Positions 27,001 to 40,027 of a DNA stretch of 64,000 nt are shown in pieces. The stretch comes from Balanoglossus misakiensis (taxonomy: Eukaryota; Animalia; Hemichordata), in the NCBI GenBank assembly GCA_040954595.2, contig CM082581.2:9713878-9777877 (forward strand), read 5' to 3'. The notes beneath the pieces are model-generated. The model was not told where the DNA came from. It made no database searches and worked only from the letters and a program-made list of their open reading frames with translations. The position numbers were made by a program, and so were the translations under genes. Every line of letters begins with the position of its first letter. Positions within the stretch are counted from its first letter, which is position 1.

Positions 27001-28329
27001 GTAAGCAAACGCTATTCGTGCTAATACAGTAAAAAAAGACAGGCCTTAAATTAAGACATCTTTAAAAAATACATTACTTGGGATGCGGCGAGTTTATCAT
27101 GAACTTACCACAGAAACATTGTCTGCTGGTATCCAATTGGCATCTCGGCAAGATTTCATATCCTTGAATTGGAGACCACACGCGTACGTACACGGGAAAC
27201 ATTCATCACTTGAGGGCGCTCTCCTTGGAAATCACGAAGATGCCCAGAGCCAGTTGCTTGAACGAACACTCTTCAACCTACGGTACAAATACCAGCAGTC
27301 AATCTTGTGTTCTGTTCTGCATCTATTACAATTAACAGGCTCTCACGAATTTAATGTTTGGTCCATTCAAGTGCAACACAGATGGGGCAAAACAACTTCT
27401 AACCCTCCCCTCCTTAAAATAAATAACTACACTCACAGCAAAAAAAGAAAGAAAAGACAACAACATTCATCTCACTTTTGTATTTGGTTAGACAGTTTAC
27501 TTTGGAGAAATATATAAAGACACTACACGCCCAGAAAATACACTCAAAACATAGAGGTTACAAAACAGCTCAAAATGGCCATGATCAATTGACCATTAAT
27601 GAGAGATTGCTAAAACAAAACAAATATCCCCTCCCATTCACAACAAAAATGTTTCAGCTGCTTACTTTAGTACCGGTATATTCTTGTTTTGTCATAGTGA
27701 AAAGAACAAAACATCCTGATGAAATAGGGTACACGTAGTACATAAAAATAATTTGGTTTTTCCCCTGTCAATGATGGTATAATGCAGAACACCAGTGAGC
27801 ATCATTATCTTTCCACCACTGTGCACTAATCTGGATATGTGCAGTGCAACCCAGCAATAAATTAAAATGATGATGCTTAAAGTATCATAGGGGCTTCTTA
27901 GATATTGTCTTTCCAGTTGGGTGACAATGCAGAGGTGTATAGTACTCTAGCAAGTCGGTGGGTGTTTGTCTTAAAAATGCTGTGTGAAACCTGATTGATT
28001 GCAATATAAAGGAGACCTAACACACTGTATCTGGAAAAATCTACACTGAAATGCATCTATGATGATGCATCTCTCTAAAAACTTATGTTTACAATAGCTT
28101 ATTCCCCATGCAGTATTACATACAGGCATGAGAAACCATGATGTTTATATACACATTATATGTACAATATTTAAATTACTGATCACTCTGTTGATGTTAT
28201 CCATCAAATTCTTACAAGTGAGTGTACTGCAAGACCAGTCTTCTGAGTAAGTTGAAACATGAGCGATAGGATACTGTTGAAATGACCGGTCTGGCTTTGT
28301 GTGAAAAATGGAATATTAATTCACTTAAA

Positions 28330-28613
28330 GGTAGAATGCACCTCGAAAATCTTGCTTGAGGCAACTTTTGATTATTCTCTCTTAAAATTGAGAATAAAAA
28401 TTAGGGGTCACCGAGCAAAATTTGGATTGAGAGAGCAAAGTTGCCTCAAAACCGTCTCCAAATTGAAATTCAAAATGGTTGCCAATCCCGGTGTTGACAG
28501 GATTGTGAACATTCAGTTTTCTTCTATGTTCTCATAAAAGACACCTCACACACTAGAAAAGATTTGGAAGGTTTGGAGGACAGAAAAAATCTGTCACCAA
28601 GGCGCATACTACC
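28330..28613. mobile_element. Short non-autonomous DNA transposon (MITE, Kolobok/piggyBac-like target site)
   Basis: Imperfect terminal inverted repeats GGTAGAATGCACCT / AGGCGCATACTACC flanked by TAAA on both sides (28326-29, 28614-17). Internal inverted repeat TTGAGGCAACTTT...AAAGTTGCCTCAA. Confidence 0.55.
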
Positions 28614-28900
28614 TAAAAGGGCAGTCACATGTGTGACTGAGATTTTGGAAGAACTTGCCTGAACAAACACCACACAGCTGCATTGAAACCTTTGTTAAAA
28701 TCAACTCTGAAACGAAATAAAATGTGATGAAATGTGATGACATAACACATCTGTTGTAGCTATAATTGTGTTTTTCATGGCAGTCAACCTGACACCATAT
28801 AAATAAAATGCATGAAGCATTTTCACATCATGATCTCGATGAAGACGTTTCCTCTGACGAAATTGAAGGTTGATGACTGCAAACACAGAACTTACTGCCC

Positions 28901-31900
28901 CTACTGATATTCGCTCTTGAGAAACTTGGCAATGGTGTTCAACTGAATGTTGGACGTTCCCTCGTAAATAGTTCCTGGAAGGAGAAAAAACATACACAGG
29001 GGGTAACCACACAAGTTGCGTTATAAAGTATGGCGACAGTTGATACTAGTTGATAGAAATGTTGATAATCGATAGAAATCATGCGCACTTACCGACTTTG
29101 CAGTCTCGGTAAAACTTCTCTAACGGGTAACTTTTGGTTATTCCAATACCACCGACCCAATCAATACACTTGGACGTGATCTGTGATGCCGTCTGAAATT
29201 GAAAGATGGCACAATAAATGAACATAATCGTCTTTAAAGGACAATTTAAGTGTGGGCTTATGTAAGCCTTCAGGATACCAAGTATAACAATTTTTACAAC
29301 ATTTTAATTCATTTTATCTGCCACTGTCATGACAAAGACTGAGATAACATCTTATATGGTGCTGGTCTTTCTACCCACTGGTTTTGGACTTACCTCAGAA
29401 GCCAGGTATTTGGCCATGGCCGCCTCTTTTGTAAATGGCTTGCCAGCGTCTTTCAAACGTGCTGCGTTGTAAGTCATCAGTCTGGCTGCCTCCAACTGAA
29501 CTGCAGCGTGGGACAGCTGGTGATTCATCGACTGGTGTAACAAATACGAGTAATACAATTGCAGGTTAGAAAAAAAAGTCAGTTGCTGAAAATTATTAAA
29601 ATCAAAAGTGGGAACTGAAAGGAATTGGATGAGAGGCTACAACATCAGTGGACGCTCACCTGGAAATCAAAGATGGCCTTTCCAAACTGCTTCCTTTCCA
29701 GTGAATATGCAATCGCATGATCCAGAGCACCTTGTGTGAGGCCAATCATCTGAGTTACAAAAAAAAACAGAAAATTTATGATATAAATGAAATGTCTGTC
29801 TAATGGAAACACTGCAGACACACTGAGTGGTTCTTTTGGACCAGTTTGTCTTTTAGTGTAAAGTTTGAGTGCGGCAGAAAATAATGTTATCAACATCCTA
29901 GAATATATCTATGTACAGTACTGTAACTGTTCATTATCCCTTTATATACCTGTGAAGCAATTCCAATCCTTCCTTCATTCAATGTCTCTATGGCATATTT
30001 ATAACCGTGACCCACTGTGCCAAGAACATTGCTTGCTGGAACCTGGAATAGACAAAAACATTATCGTTCTTATTTTGTTGCAGATGGGACGACAAATATG
30101 TACAGCAAGTAAAAATGAGCAAATATTATAACACATTTGGCAATAAAAACCAGGGCCATGAGATCATTATCGTAGTACTTACCCTAACATTATCGAAATG
30201 TACAGGACACGTAGACGATGCTCGAATTCCCAGTTTGTCTTCTTTCTTGCCGATGCTGAAGCCTTCCATATCTGGTTCCACAAGAAAAGCTGTGATACCA
30301 CGATATCCCTGTGTGAAGAAGAGATGAAGAATAAAGTAGGCGTTTTCTTCTTGAGATTTACGGAGCTCTAACTTCAGCAATTACAGATTATTATGATACT
30401 ATTCCTACCTGTGAGAAGTCAACATTGGCAAAGACAACAAACAAGCCGGCATGTTCTGAGTTTGAAATCCACAGCTTGGTACCATTCAGCAGGAAATGAT
30501 CCCCGTCTTGTTTGGCTGACGTCTTCATGGCGAACGCGTCGCTTCCTGACCCTGCTTCTGATAAACAGAAACTGCCGACCTAGACAAAGCAAACAAAAAA
30601 CAGAACGTCAATCAAATTCCAGGATTTCCAACAGCTCGGGTCCCTCTGGTAACATATGTGCCACATGTTGGTTTTACTAGAAAGTGCCACTGTTGGCAAT
30701 TCCTTTGTAGGAATAAGACCTATTCTACAAAACCCTTTACTGTTTAGACAGATGATGGAACTGACCAAAAAAAACAGATTGACTTACATATTCATGAGCT
30801 AATTTGGGTAGATACTTGGCTTTAACATCTTCACTTCCGTTGTTCTTGAGGCAGGTGATCACCACCGTGTTGTGAACATCTACCAAGGCACTGACCGAAG
30901 GATCCACTCTGGCGATTTCTTCTATGATGAGATTTGTTTGAAAGAACGACAGTCCAGACCCTCCGTATTCGGGTGCGACCTCACAACCCATGAACTGTTT
31001 GTTACAGAGGGCAGATGGATAATAAAAAAAAACGTGAAGGAATGGCACATTTTTGGCAAATAGAGCCGCATGAATGAGATTTGTGTCCCACAAGATTAAG
31101 AGGTAGCTTTACTCTTCATAGCAAGACCTCATGCGGGTTGCATCATACATGGTAACATTCAATATTATAATAAAACATACCCCTTGTTGGAACAGAGACT
31201 GTATCAAGTTCTCATCCATTTCCGAAGCGTCGTCCATTTCTTTCACCAACGGCTGTATGCAGTCCACCGCAAATTTCCTAACTTGATCTCTGATCATCTG
31301 TTCATCGTCGCTGAGGACCGACAAAGCTTCTGCCACTTGGACTTGGTAGGAGGACTGCTGTCTCATGTGGTTGTGTCGACAAACTGTTGGCAGCACCTGA
31401 TTGAAATCGATATGCATTCCGAATAACGTTTCGTCATTTTGGGTGAGAGGGTGATAGCGAGTACGAGTACCCGGCATCTGAACAATTAGAAGTCACAATC
31501 CCTGCAGATCTCGATCACCCTCCCAGCCACAGGTCGCCATGTGCTCCCAGCCAGTCAACGTGTCCTTCTTGGAAAACATGACCTACTTTCAATCCTAGCT
31601 ATGCGTACCTCCTACTACATTATGTGAGAGGGTTCCCTTGTGAAGTACAGGCCCTCAAATCAATGAACCGAGAGGTCACACTGATGCAACTGGTAAATAA
31701 TATTTTTTAATTATTTTATAATTTATTTATTATTTTCCAAGTGCACCAGTGGCTGGTTTGAGGGTCTCAGCCTGTGCTGTGCCCTCATGAGGTTACATGC
31801 ATTATGCATGGGTTATGTAAGGTAACAACACAGCCCTGCCACGCAGAGCTAGTATGTATTTTAAATACTCATTACTCAATACAAAATATTAAATATTAGG

Positions 31901-32014
31901 AGCTGGGCGGTACGTACGATGAAAACTAACCCAATTTCTTACCCTTGTCACACAAGGTCCCGAACCTGCCGTTCTCGCCAGGGAAAAACAAGCTCGCGCC
32001 AGTTGTGAAGCCAT
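28901..32014 (-). CDS. ACADSB: Short/branched-chain acyl-CoA dehydrogenase, mitochondrial; 10 coding exons (32014-31943, 31396-31181, 30994-30788, 30579-30409, 30308-30183, 30042-29950, 29749-29660, 29531-29394, 29192-29093, 28974-28901); 428 aa
   Basis: ACAD motifs [67 protein letters not shown] and [23 protein letters not shown]. Arg-containing N-terminal presequence. All exons join in frame. Confidence 0.93.
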
Positions 32015-32320
32015 ATCTGAAGGTCTACAGCCAGGGCCTGCGAATGCGTGTTATGTGAAATGGGACAAGAAATGAACACAGGTCAAAGGTGACCCCTACA
32101 ATATGGTTGCTTTCTGGGTGACCTGAAGCGTTCATATTCACTTATTTTTGACATTAATACGTCTTTATGGACTTTATAGTGCACAGAATCTATAAAATAT
32201 CATACAATCAAAGTATCTGCGTACATATTATGAGTTTTGGAAGAACTTAACGATAAGGTACAGCACGACTTTGTAAGTTGTGTAGCAAGCTAAGGGGCCA
32301 TTTCAAACCCCCGTATGTAG

Positions 32321-32350
32321 TTCTTTTTGGCTGCCATCTTGTTGGATCAG
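32321..32350 (+). promoter_or_regulatory. TCT/5'TOP-type start and non-coding first exon of RPL26
   Basis: Pyrimidine tract TTCTTTTT, YY1-like GCCATCTT, then donor CAG|GTATGA at 32350/32351. This is typical ribosomal-protein gene architecture. Confidence 0.65.
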
Positions 32351-32788
32351 GTATGAGTTCATGAGAGTGGATTCTGGTATCTGATATAATCTGCCCTATG
32401 TAGGGTTCATCTAGCGATGAAAGCCGCCAGTTTCTTAAAGTCGTTTTCTATGGATCCATACATGCAATTTTTATATAGCTAAGTTAAATAAAACTCAATA
32501 AAACAACTGCGTAATTCGACTAACATCCCCATGTTTACAAATCTAACCGTGATCGTAGCACATGACATTATAAAGGGACTGGGCCTTTCAGCATTAGGCA
32601 ATACTGTGTTCTGATGTGTGTGACCATGCTTGTTTTCCTTCTGATTAAAGTAGTGGACTGTGTTATGTCTGAGGTTGTTATTGCCCCCTCCCCCTCAACA
32701 CACACACACACACACCCCAGACCAGACATGCCAGACGATTATGAACAGTAGTAACACCTACCTATATTTTGAATTTCAGCTGGTCAAA

Positions 32789-33665
32789 ATGAAGCTGAAT
32801 CCATTTGTGTCATCATCCAGGAGGAAGAATCGAAAGAGGCATTTTAATGCCCCTTCTCACGTCAGGAGGAAGCTGATGAGTTCTCCTCTGTCCAAAGAAC
32901 TCCGACAAAAATACAATGTCCGTAGTATGCCAATCAGGAAAGATGATGAAGTCCAGGTAAGGGCAACACTACTTTCCCTCCATGGGTTTATACTCTTTCC
33001 ATTGCTACAAAGTTCATCAGACCCAATATCCCTAATTCAATATCAGGGATCCATGCTGAGAAAAAAAGGATGTCAAGTAACTTGATAAGATACTAGTCTT
33101 CATTTGTCAATGTCGTCTCTTGTTTTCTGTCATTCAAGGTTACTCGTGGACATTACAAAGGTCAGCAAGTCGGAAAAGTTGTCCAAGTGTACCGTAAAAA
33201 GATGGTGATTTTCATCGAAAGAATCCAGCGTGAAAAGGCCAACGGTGCTTCAGTCCATGTTGGCATTCACCCTAGCAAGGTAAACGAATGAACACAACTG
33301 TGTAGTCCCAAGAACATGTTGACATTATTTGGATAAAAGTAAAATGAATAGAATTACACTACAACATTAAGTGGTAACTTTTCAAGGCAAAGTGTATGAT
33401 CTGGAAACTAACTATATGTTCAATCCACGAGTCGGTGACGACTTGTCCTATAAAGAATTGATGAGATCAGACCAGAGAATTGATTTGTTGCTGGTTGATA
33501 TTTGTTCTCATTTCTGTTTCATCTTGTGCCACACAGGTTGTCATTGTCAAACTTAAACTGGACAAGGACAGGAAGAGAATCATTGAAAAGAAGGCAACTG
33601 CAAGAGCTCGCGACAAGTTGAAGGGCAAACACACTGAAGAATCCGTGGCCATGGCAACCGATTAA
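32789..33665 (+). CDS. RPL26: 60S ribosomal protein L26 (uL24); coding exons 32789-32956, 33139-33279, 33537-33665; 145 aa
   Basis: [99 protein letters not shown]. Confidence 0.98.
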
Positions 33666-34117
33666 AAAAACTTTGTCTTGTAAATTTCTTTATTTGCATA
33701 ATTAAAAAAAGAGGTACAGACAAGTGGAGAATTTGTGTCAGTCTCATGATTCTGCAAGCTCCTTATACAAAAAGCATGTTGCGGAAGACCCGATTACCTA
33801 TCGCATCTAAATCCAAGGCTTACAATTTGCGAAAATATAAACATTTATACATCGCAATCTTTGCATCACATTAAAAATTACATGATTTCATTATAAGTAC
33901 TGTTTATCCATTGTTGATAATAGAAAAATAAACGATTAAACCCATAGAGCCTTTTTGGGTTAACACCCTAAACACAAACAGAAGCAGTGTTTTGCAACAA
34001 ATGCCCTTCCCCAAAACTTAGTACTTCGTGAACTATAGAATTCTACTTCATGAGGTGGACCCCCCAACACAGACTGGCTAAATGCAGAGTCTAGGTCATT
34101 TGCACAGTGACAAATTT

Positions 34118-37100
34118 TCACTTGAATTTTTTGAAGTCTGCCAAAGCGGTCAATGCTGCACTTTTACCAGGTGCTCCCATCACACCTCCACCTGCAAAAT
34201 ACAGCAAAGATTTTTTTAATTGGTTTGTGGACAGATGACTTACACCTTTGAAGAAAATGTTACGGAAAATAATGTCACGAAATAAGTGAGAGACAACATT
34301 ACCTGGATGAGCACCACTGCCACACAGATACAGACCTTTGATAGGTGATCTGTAATTTGCATAAGACGGGACTGGACGTACAAAATACAACTGATCCAGG
34401 GACATGGCACCGTGAAAGATATTCTGGAAAGGACAAGGAATCATTTTGGGGCAGTGAGCAGAAAAAACAGTCTTAGGCAGTTGTTGACTACATTGAAAAT
34501 TGGCCAAGCATAATTTGCACAAACAAGAAATATGTGACTCTATATTGTGAAGAATTTGCAATGAGCATGGTCGGTTATGACAGATTTCTTTTCCAAATTA
34601 TCAATTGTACGAGTACTTACCCCTCCAGTTAGTCCAAATATTCTCTCCAAGTCTGGGGGAGTCAGAATATCTCTGCCAACAACGCTAGCTTTAAACCCCG
34701 GGGCATACTTCTCTATAACATCAAAGACTGTAAATGGAAGCACAGTCAGGTGAATACTGAGTCTCATTGGTTACAGCATGCATTCATGCACCTGGTACAC
34801 ACGTGATTGAAGAGCGAATTGACTTACCTTTGTCAGCATACTCATTTCTGAGTTGGTCATCCCACTCTTGGCCGCCTTTCAGTGTGTATGGTGTGTACTG
34901 GGTGAAAAGCAAGATCACATGACCGCCAGGTGGTGATATGGTGGGGTCGCTTGTCGATGGGATGACCATCTCTATCATTGGCCTGAAATCAATCAACAGA
35001 TGTTTTTTTCCCCAATTATCACACTGTTGGTCAGCATTCTCCACGAATTATGACGAACGATGGAATTTATTCCGGAAACTCACTTTGTTGGCAGGAGGCC
35101 GCTGCTTGCTTCCCTGTACGCCTCGTCGATAAGTTCCATGGATTCACAGTTGAGGTGAATAGTGCAGGTGTGATGCGGGGAAGGGCTGCCGTCAGATTTG
35201 TTTGGGATGGCTGTGAAGTTTGGTAGCTTGTTCACGGCCACTGCAATAGGACGGTTTATGGAATGTACTTGTGTGTACTCATAGACATATGCACTGTGAA
35301 ACTGGTCACATGACAACCCTCAGGGTGAAGAATTCCAACTTGGACATGGTGATTTGATATGTTGTTAATGCTTGACTAAACAGTATCAGGTACTGGTACG
35401 TACATTAAGCATTCTTGTTACAAAAACTTTCACATTCACTGATAGATGTTTTGCATCAGTCATTATATGTATGCAGCTGAAAGCAAAGTCAACAATAGCT
35501 ATAGAGAATGAATAGGAATGTTACACTCAAACTTACCATTGATCTTAGTCACTGGGGATTCATAATCTATCATCTGAACTTGGTCCAAGAAATCTGTTGA
35601 TAAAGCACCGCCAGGCACCAAATCACAGTACGTGACCCGTGCAGTGGCATTGGAGAGAACCAACTTGGACTTGACTTCGGTGCCATCAGTTAGCACAACA
35701 CCACAGGCGGAACCCTCAGAGTTGAGCAACACCTTGTCCACTGGCTGCAACACAAATCACAAAAGAATTCCCAAATCTCATTCTAGAATTCCATTTTGTA
35801 CAAACAGATTCACCATCCAAATGTAGACTTATACAGTGAGCGAACATAAGCAAGGTCCAAATCAAAAAGTTCTAGGTGGATATACTTATGCAATTTGGGC
35901 AAAAGTCTGCAAGTACTCTTGAAGTCCACTCCCTACCTTGTCAGTGAGTATAGTTGCACCATGAGACTTTGCAGACCTGGCTATGCTGTCAGACACAGCC
36001 CCCATTCCTCCCTCAGGGTACCCCCATGCCCCCTTCTTTCCCTCCAGTTCACCCATGACATGGTGCAGTAACACATACCTGGAGAGATACCAAGAGTAAG
36101 GGTATCGTAGCTGTAACGTTTGGCTATTAATATCTCAGTAAGTTTTCCTCTGTGGGTAATAACCACAGTTTCTAATCTCTATAATATGCTATACATACCA
36201 GTATTTTATCCATTACATAAAGAGAAAGTTGTTCAGAAGATCTGTACAAAATCAAATGCTGCTTTGGAAAACTAAAAGTTGTGATCATTCAGCCAATCAA
36301 AATGCTTGTTTCATCTCACCCACTTCCAGGCGTCTTTGGACTTAGCATTGCGCCAATCACAGCATCTGTTGCTAAAGTGGCCTTCAGGGGTTCTGATTCA
36401 AACCATCGGTCAAGTATTTTTGTTGTTGGTGCAGTCAGCAGTTCATAGAACAACGGCGCTTCGCCACCAAGCTTTCTGCCTGCAAAGGTCAAAGGTGACA
36501 AATAATGTGATACAAAGCTTAATTCCATTATTTGTGTACATGTACTCCAAATAAACTACAATTCAGACAAATTTGTTTCTGAATTTGTGTGCTAGTGCCA
36601 GAGTTCCTTCATAGTTATATACATGTATTTTCAATCGTTACTAATCACAGAGACATGTCCTAGATACCATCATTATGGCAAAAACCATGTCATTCATTTC
36701 ACTGACCGAGTGATAAGACCGACTTGAGATCTTTCAGTGAATTCAATCGTTCCGTCAGCGACCCCTTGGTTAATCTTGCTACATCAACAGGTGGTGAATC
36801 CAACAATGGCTCGATTGCCTCTGCCATTCGACCAATGGTGTCTTCATACTCAAAGTAAGCCTGAAAAAAAAAAAACAATACAGGTACTAAAGAATGACCA
36901 CCACTTCCCAGAATTTCAGCTGTAAGGCCAAAGATACTCAAGTGTCTCTGACCAAATGTGTAAAATTTCTTCAAATAGTTAAATCAGAATGGTACCTTGG
37001 CATCTTTCGAGGAAAACTTGGCAATTTCTCGCTGAGTTTCTTCTTTGTTCCATCCGATGAGCAGGTAGCTATTTTTACCATCTAACAGAGGCGTGAATGA

Positions 37101-38322
37101 AGAATGCTCTCGCAAGTGAACTCTGAGACCGTGTTTCTGTAGCATAGAGATACAACTACACATCACATTCCGTATCTTGTCTGTTTTTAGTTTGAGTTAT
37201 AACAACTTTCATCTGTTGCCCATTGTTCTACCTATCTTTTTGTGTGCATAACTTCTTCGTTTTCTTCCTTTTAGACTATCCAGTACAACCAGTTGAAACC
37301 AGCTTCATTGCTTCAGAGGAACCTGATTGGTTGACGTGCGACTCACAGAACTGAATTGCAAGAAACTGGTCAGCAGTTCGAATATCACTGTTGTCATCAG
37401 AAATGTGAAACTTGCCAAAAACTCACTTTTAGCTCCAGTTCTTTGTATATCTGTGGTCTTAATAAGCTGAGCAAATATGAAGCCCTGGAAAACTTGAAAC
37501 CTACAGGGAGAACATAGCAAAAATAGTGTATTAAATAGTTGCATATCTTGCGAATATGTATATAGATTGCAGCGTGTAATTATTAATGGTAGGTTAAAGG
37601 TCATATGCAATGACCTGTACGTCACTGAAGGAATTATACGTTTGGCCGACAGGACACTGTGAAGCATCTGTTTTGGTGGGGTGGTATTTAATAAAAAAAG
37701 GCAAATTGAACACTATGAAATAATATACCTGACCGATTATCAGCGCAAATCCAACTTTGTAATGGCACTCCTCTGACCTTACTTATCAGTCACACCACTT
37801 TTTATGAGGCTTGTAAATTCGGTTATTTGCTAAAGTAGTTCAGGCACTGATATCCAAGATAAAATTCTAATTTTTGAGTCCATTTCTATTGAGTTCACTA
37901 TAGAAATTTGACGCGAACCAACCTGGAACAATTTCCTCTGTAACAGCAGCACCTCCAACGATATGTCTTCTTTCAAGTACAGCAGTTTTTAATCCTCCCT
38001 TCTGTAAGTAAGCTGCCTAATAAATAAAATAAAATTGTGATGATGTATTACAAGGTGGTTCAATTGAATAAAATGTACAGTATCTGCTATATGATTTTGA
38101 CACATTTATTTCTTATGTGTGATTCTGCTATGAGATTTATGTCTGTATACTTACAGTTACTAACCCATTGTGACCTCCACCAATGATAACTGCATCATAC
38201 TCTTCTTTCAAGGGATCTTTATTCCTATTAACAATTGATGCACTGAAACATCTGGCTAAAGTTCTACAGTTGTGGCCATGGCGTACTCCATGCTGACTTC
38301 TCACCAGAAGTTTCAAAATCAT
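34118..38322 (-). CDS. PYROXD2: Pyridine nucleotide-disulphide oxidoreductase domain-containing protein 2 (phytoene-desaturase-like); 13 coding exons (38322-38155, 38016-37923, 37500-37427, 37136-36996, 36860-36707, 36479-36320, 36078-35937, 35744-35537, 35240-35084, 34982-34828, 34727-34621, 34423-34303, 34191-34118); 584 aa
   Basis: FAD motif [125 protein letters not shown] and [20 protein letters not shown]. Phases are consistent. A probable non-coding exon 1 ends at 38629. Confidence 0.95.
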
Positions 38323-38991
38323 CTTTCCTCTAGAGCATCTAGGAATCAGAAAAAAATCACTGGTGGAACCCTTTGCTTTTGAGATCAAAGGGTTCCCAGC
38401 TATAAAAGTTTCATTTTTGATTATTTTCCCTCTGGTGCACCCTCCTCCCTAATTGAAATATAGAATGTGCCCATCCAGTCCAAGATGGCCATCATTAACA
38501 TATTACTGTAAGATAATTAACATATTACTGTATCAAAGCGTGAACACTGGGCCCTGCCCTTGGTGTCGGGAAACTTCTTAGTTCCTTGGTCTTTCAGCAA
38601 CAGGTGCCTCTGACGTTTGAATACATACCTACGTCTACTAAACTACCACTTGCGGGTCGACCATGGGCGACGCTGTAACTTGTGTTCTTGTTGCAACAAC
38701 CTGCTTCTTGCAAGACCGGTCAAATGTTTACAGCGGAGGTGAAAGGTCACAGGCGATATTGTGGACACCTTATGTTATTCATTAATTTCAAGTTACACAA
38801 CAAAATTGCCCATGACATAAAAGGGTGGAATTTGTTGTGAATCTTTGATTTTCACAATTCCTTTATTATCCCCCGGGTATCATCCACTCCCTTGCTGACT
38901 CCTGATCTAAACCAATAACTCAAAAAGACAGAACTTTCGAGTCCGGCACATGGGGGCGTCCGTACAGTTAAGTTGATGACATCATATTGTG

Positions 38992-39014
38992 GTCACATGA
39001 TCTGATCACATGAT
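38992..39014 (+). promoter_or_regulatory. Tandem CLEAR/M-box-like E-boxes in the V-ATPase e promoter
   Basis: GTCACATGAT (38992-39001) and ATCACATGAT (39005-39014), about 20-40 nt before the ATG. Confidence 0.6.
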
Positions 39015-39031
39015 CTGTAGTAATTTCCAAG

Positions 39032-40027
39032 ATGGTGGCCTCAGCGACGATCATACCAGTGGTGGTAATCACATTATTTTGGCTTTTAGTCGGTGTTGTT
39101 GCACCGTTCCTCGTACCAAAGGGACCAAACAGAGGGTATGTATTTAGAGAGTGAATTCAGTTTGTTGATTTCAACTGTTGTAGTGTTTTGGTGAGTTTAT
39201 TCAACAATGAACTCAAAGTGGAACATCGTCTGTTTGACCTCTCCGTATCTGACCTTTATCCCATATCCAGTTTTAGGCTTTATTTTTTCCCAGGGGGAGC
39301 AGAGATTACCCGTTGATCATATAGCAGTTGGCCCAGAGACTATGTCCTCGTTATTTCAGTCCACTCACGAGTATTAGCCCAAATTTCGATCAATGTTCCA
39401 GTGATCGAACGATACCCGCATAAAACTCAGTTCCCATCATTCTCACCCAGTCACTGTCTGCCCGGTCCTGTTTATGAGGGTTAATTAACTTCCTATTATT
39501 TTACAGAATTGTACAACTTATGCTGGCCCTTACTGCTGTGTGTTGCTATTCATTGTAAGTAATCTTTTTGAACATTACATGTATAAATCAGCTTGGAAAC
39601 TGTGTGTGAAAAAAGTGAAATTTTCTTCTGAGTGGTTAAAATATGTACTACTAAATTACTAGTATAGATGACACACTAATGCTGTATTACTCTCGGGTGA
39701 AGAAATGTTTGTTCAGCATATTTCATTACCTTTCCACAATCAGCTATTAATCAAGTTATATGCATATTTCTTCTGTAGCTGGGCTTGTGCATTTATAATG
39801 CAACTAAATCCACTGATTGGACCAAATCTAGAAAATAGCACATTACTTGCTATACAGTGGGAATGGGAGGTAAGACCATGGCATTCAAGAATGTTATTCT
39901 GTTTTTTTGAAGTATTGCCCGATATTTATATTTTCACATCCTCAATGCAAATATTGAAATTACCTAACAAATCTGTATATTTTCTTTCTAGGGTAATTAT
40001 GAAAATACTATACCTCCTACAAAGTAA
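39032..40027 (+). CDS. ATP6V0E: V-type proton ATPase subunit e; exons 39032-39135, 39507-39554, 39779-39869, 39992-40027; 92 aa
   Basis: MVASATIIPVVVITLFWLLVGVVAPFLVPKGPNRGIVQLMLALTAVCCYSFWACAFIMQLNPLIGPNL. PKGPNRG and QLNPL-GP-L are subunit-e signatures. The ORF track largely misses it because the exons are short. Confidence 0.95.

Noticed and set aside
25756-27738. ORFs and an isolated GGTAAGT donor (~25921) downstream of FGF gene 2
   Set aside because: No coherent exon chain or homology.
31397-31477. ATG 31477 as the ACADSB start (from the ORF track)
   Set aside because: It is intronic: there is a good acceptor at 31397 and an in-phase upstream exon (32014-31943) encoding a presequence-like peptide.
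32558-32620. Possible C/D-box snoRNA in RPL26 intron 1 (CAC-ATGACAT...CTGA-TGTG)
   Set aside because: The C box is non-canonical and I could not match a guide to rRNA or snRNA from memory. It needs a snoscan or Infernal search.
33397-33470. Short TGATCT...AGATCA stem in RPL26 intron 3 as a snoRNA
   Set aside because: No correctly placed C/D or H/ACA boxes.
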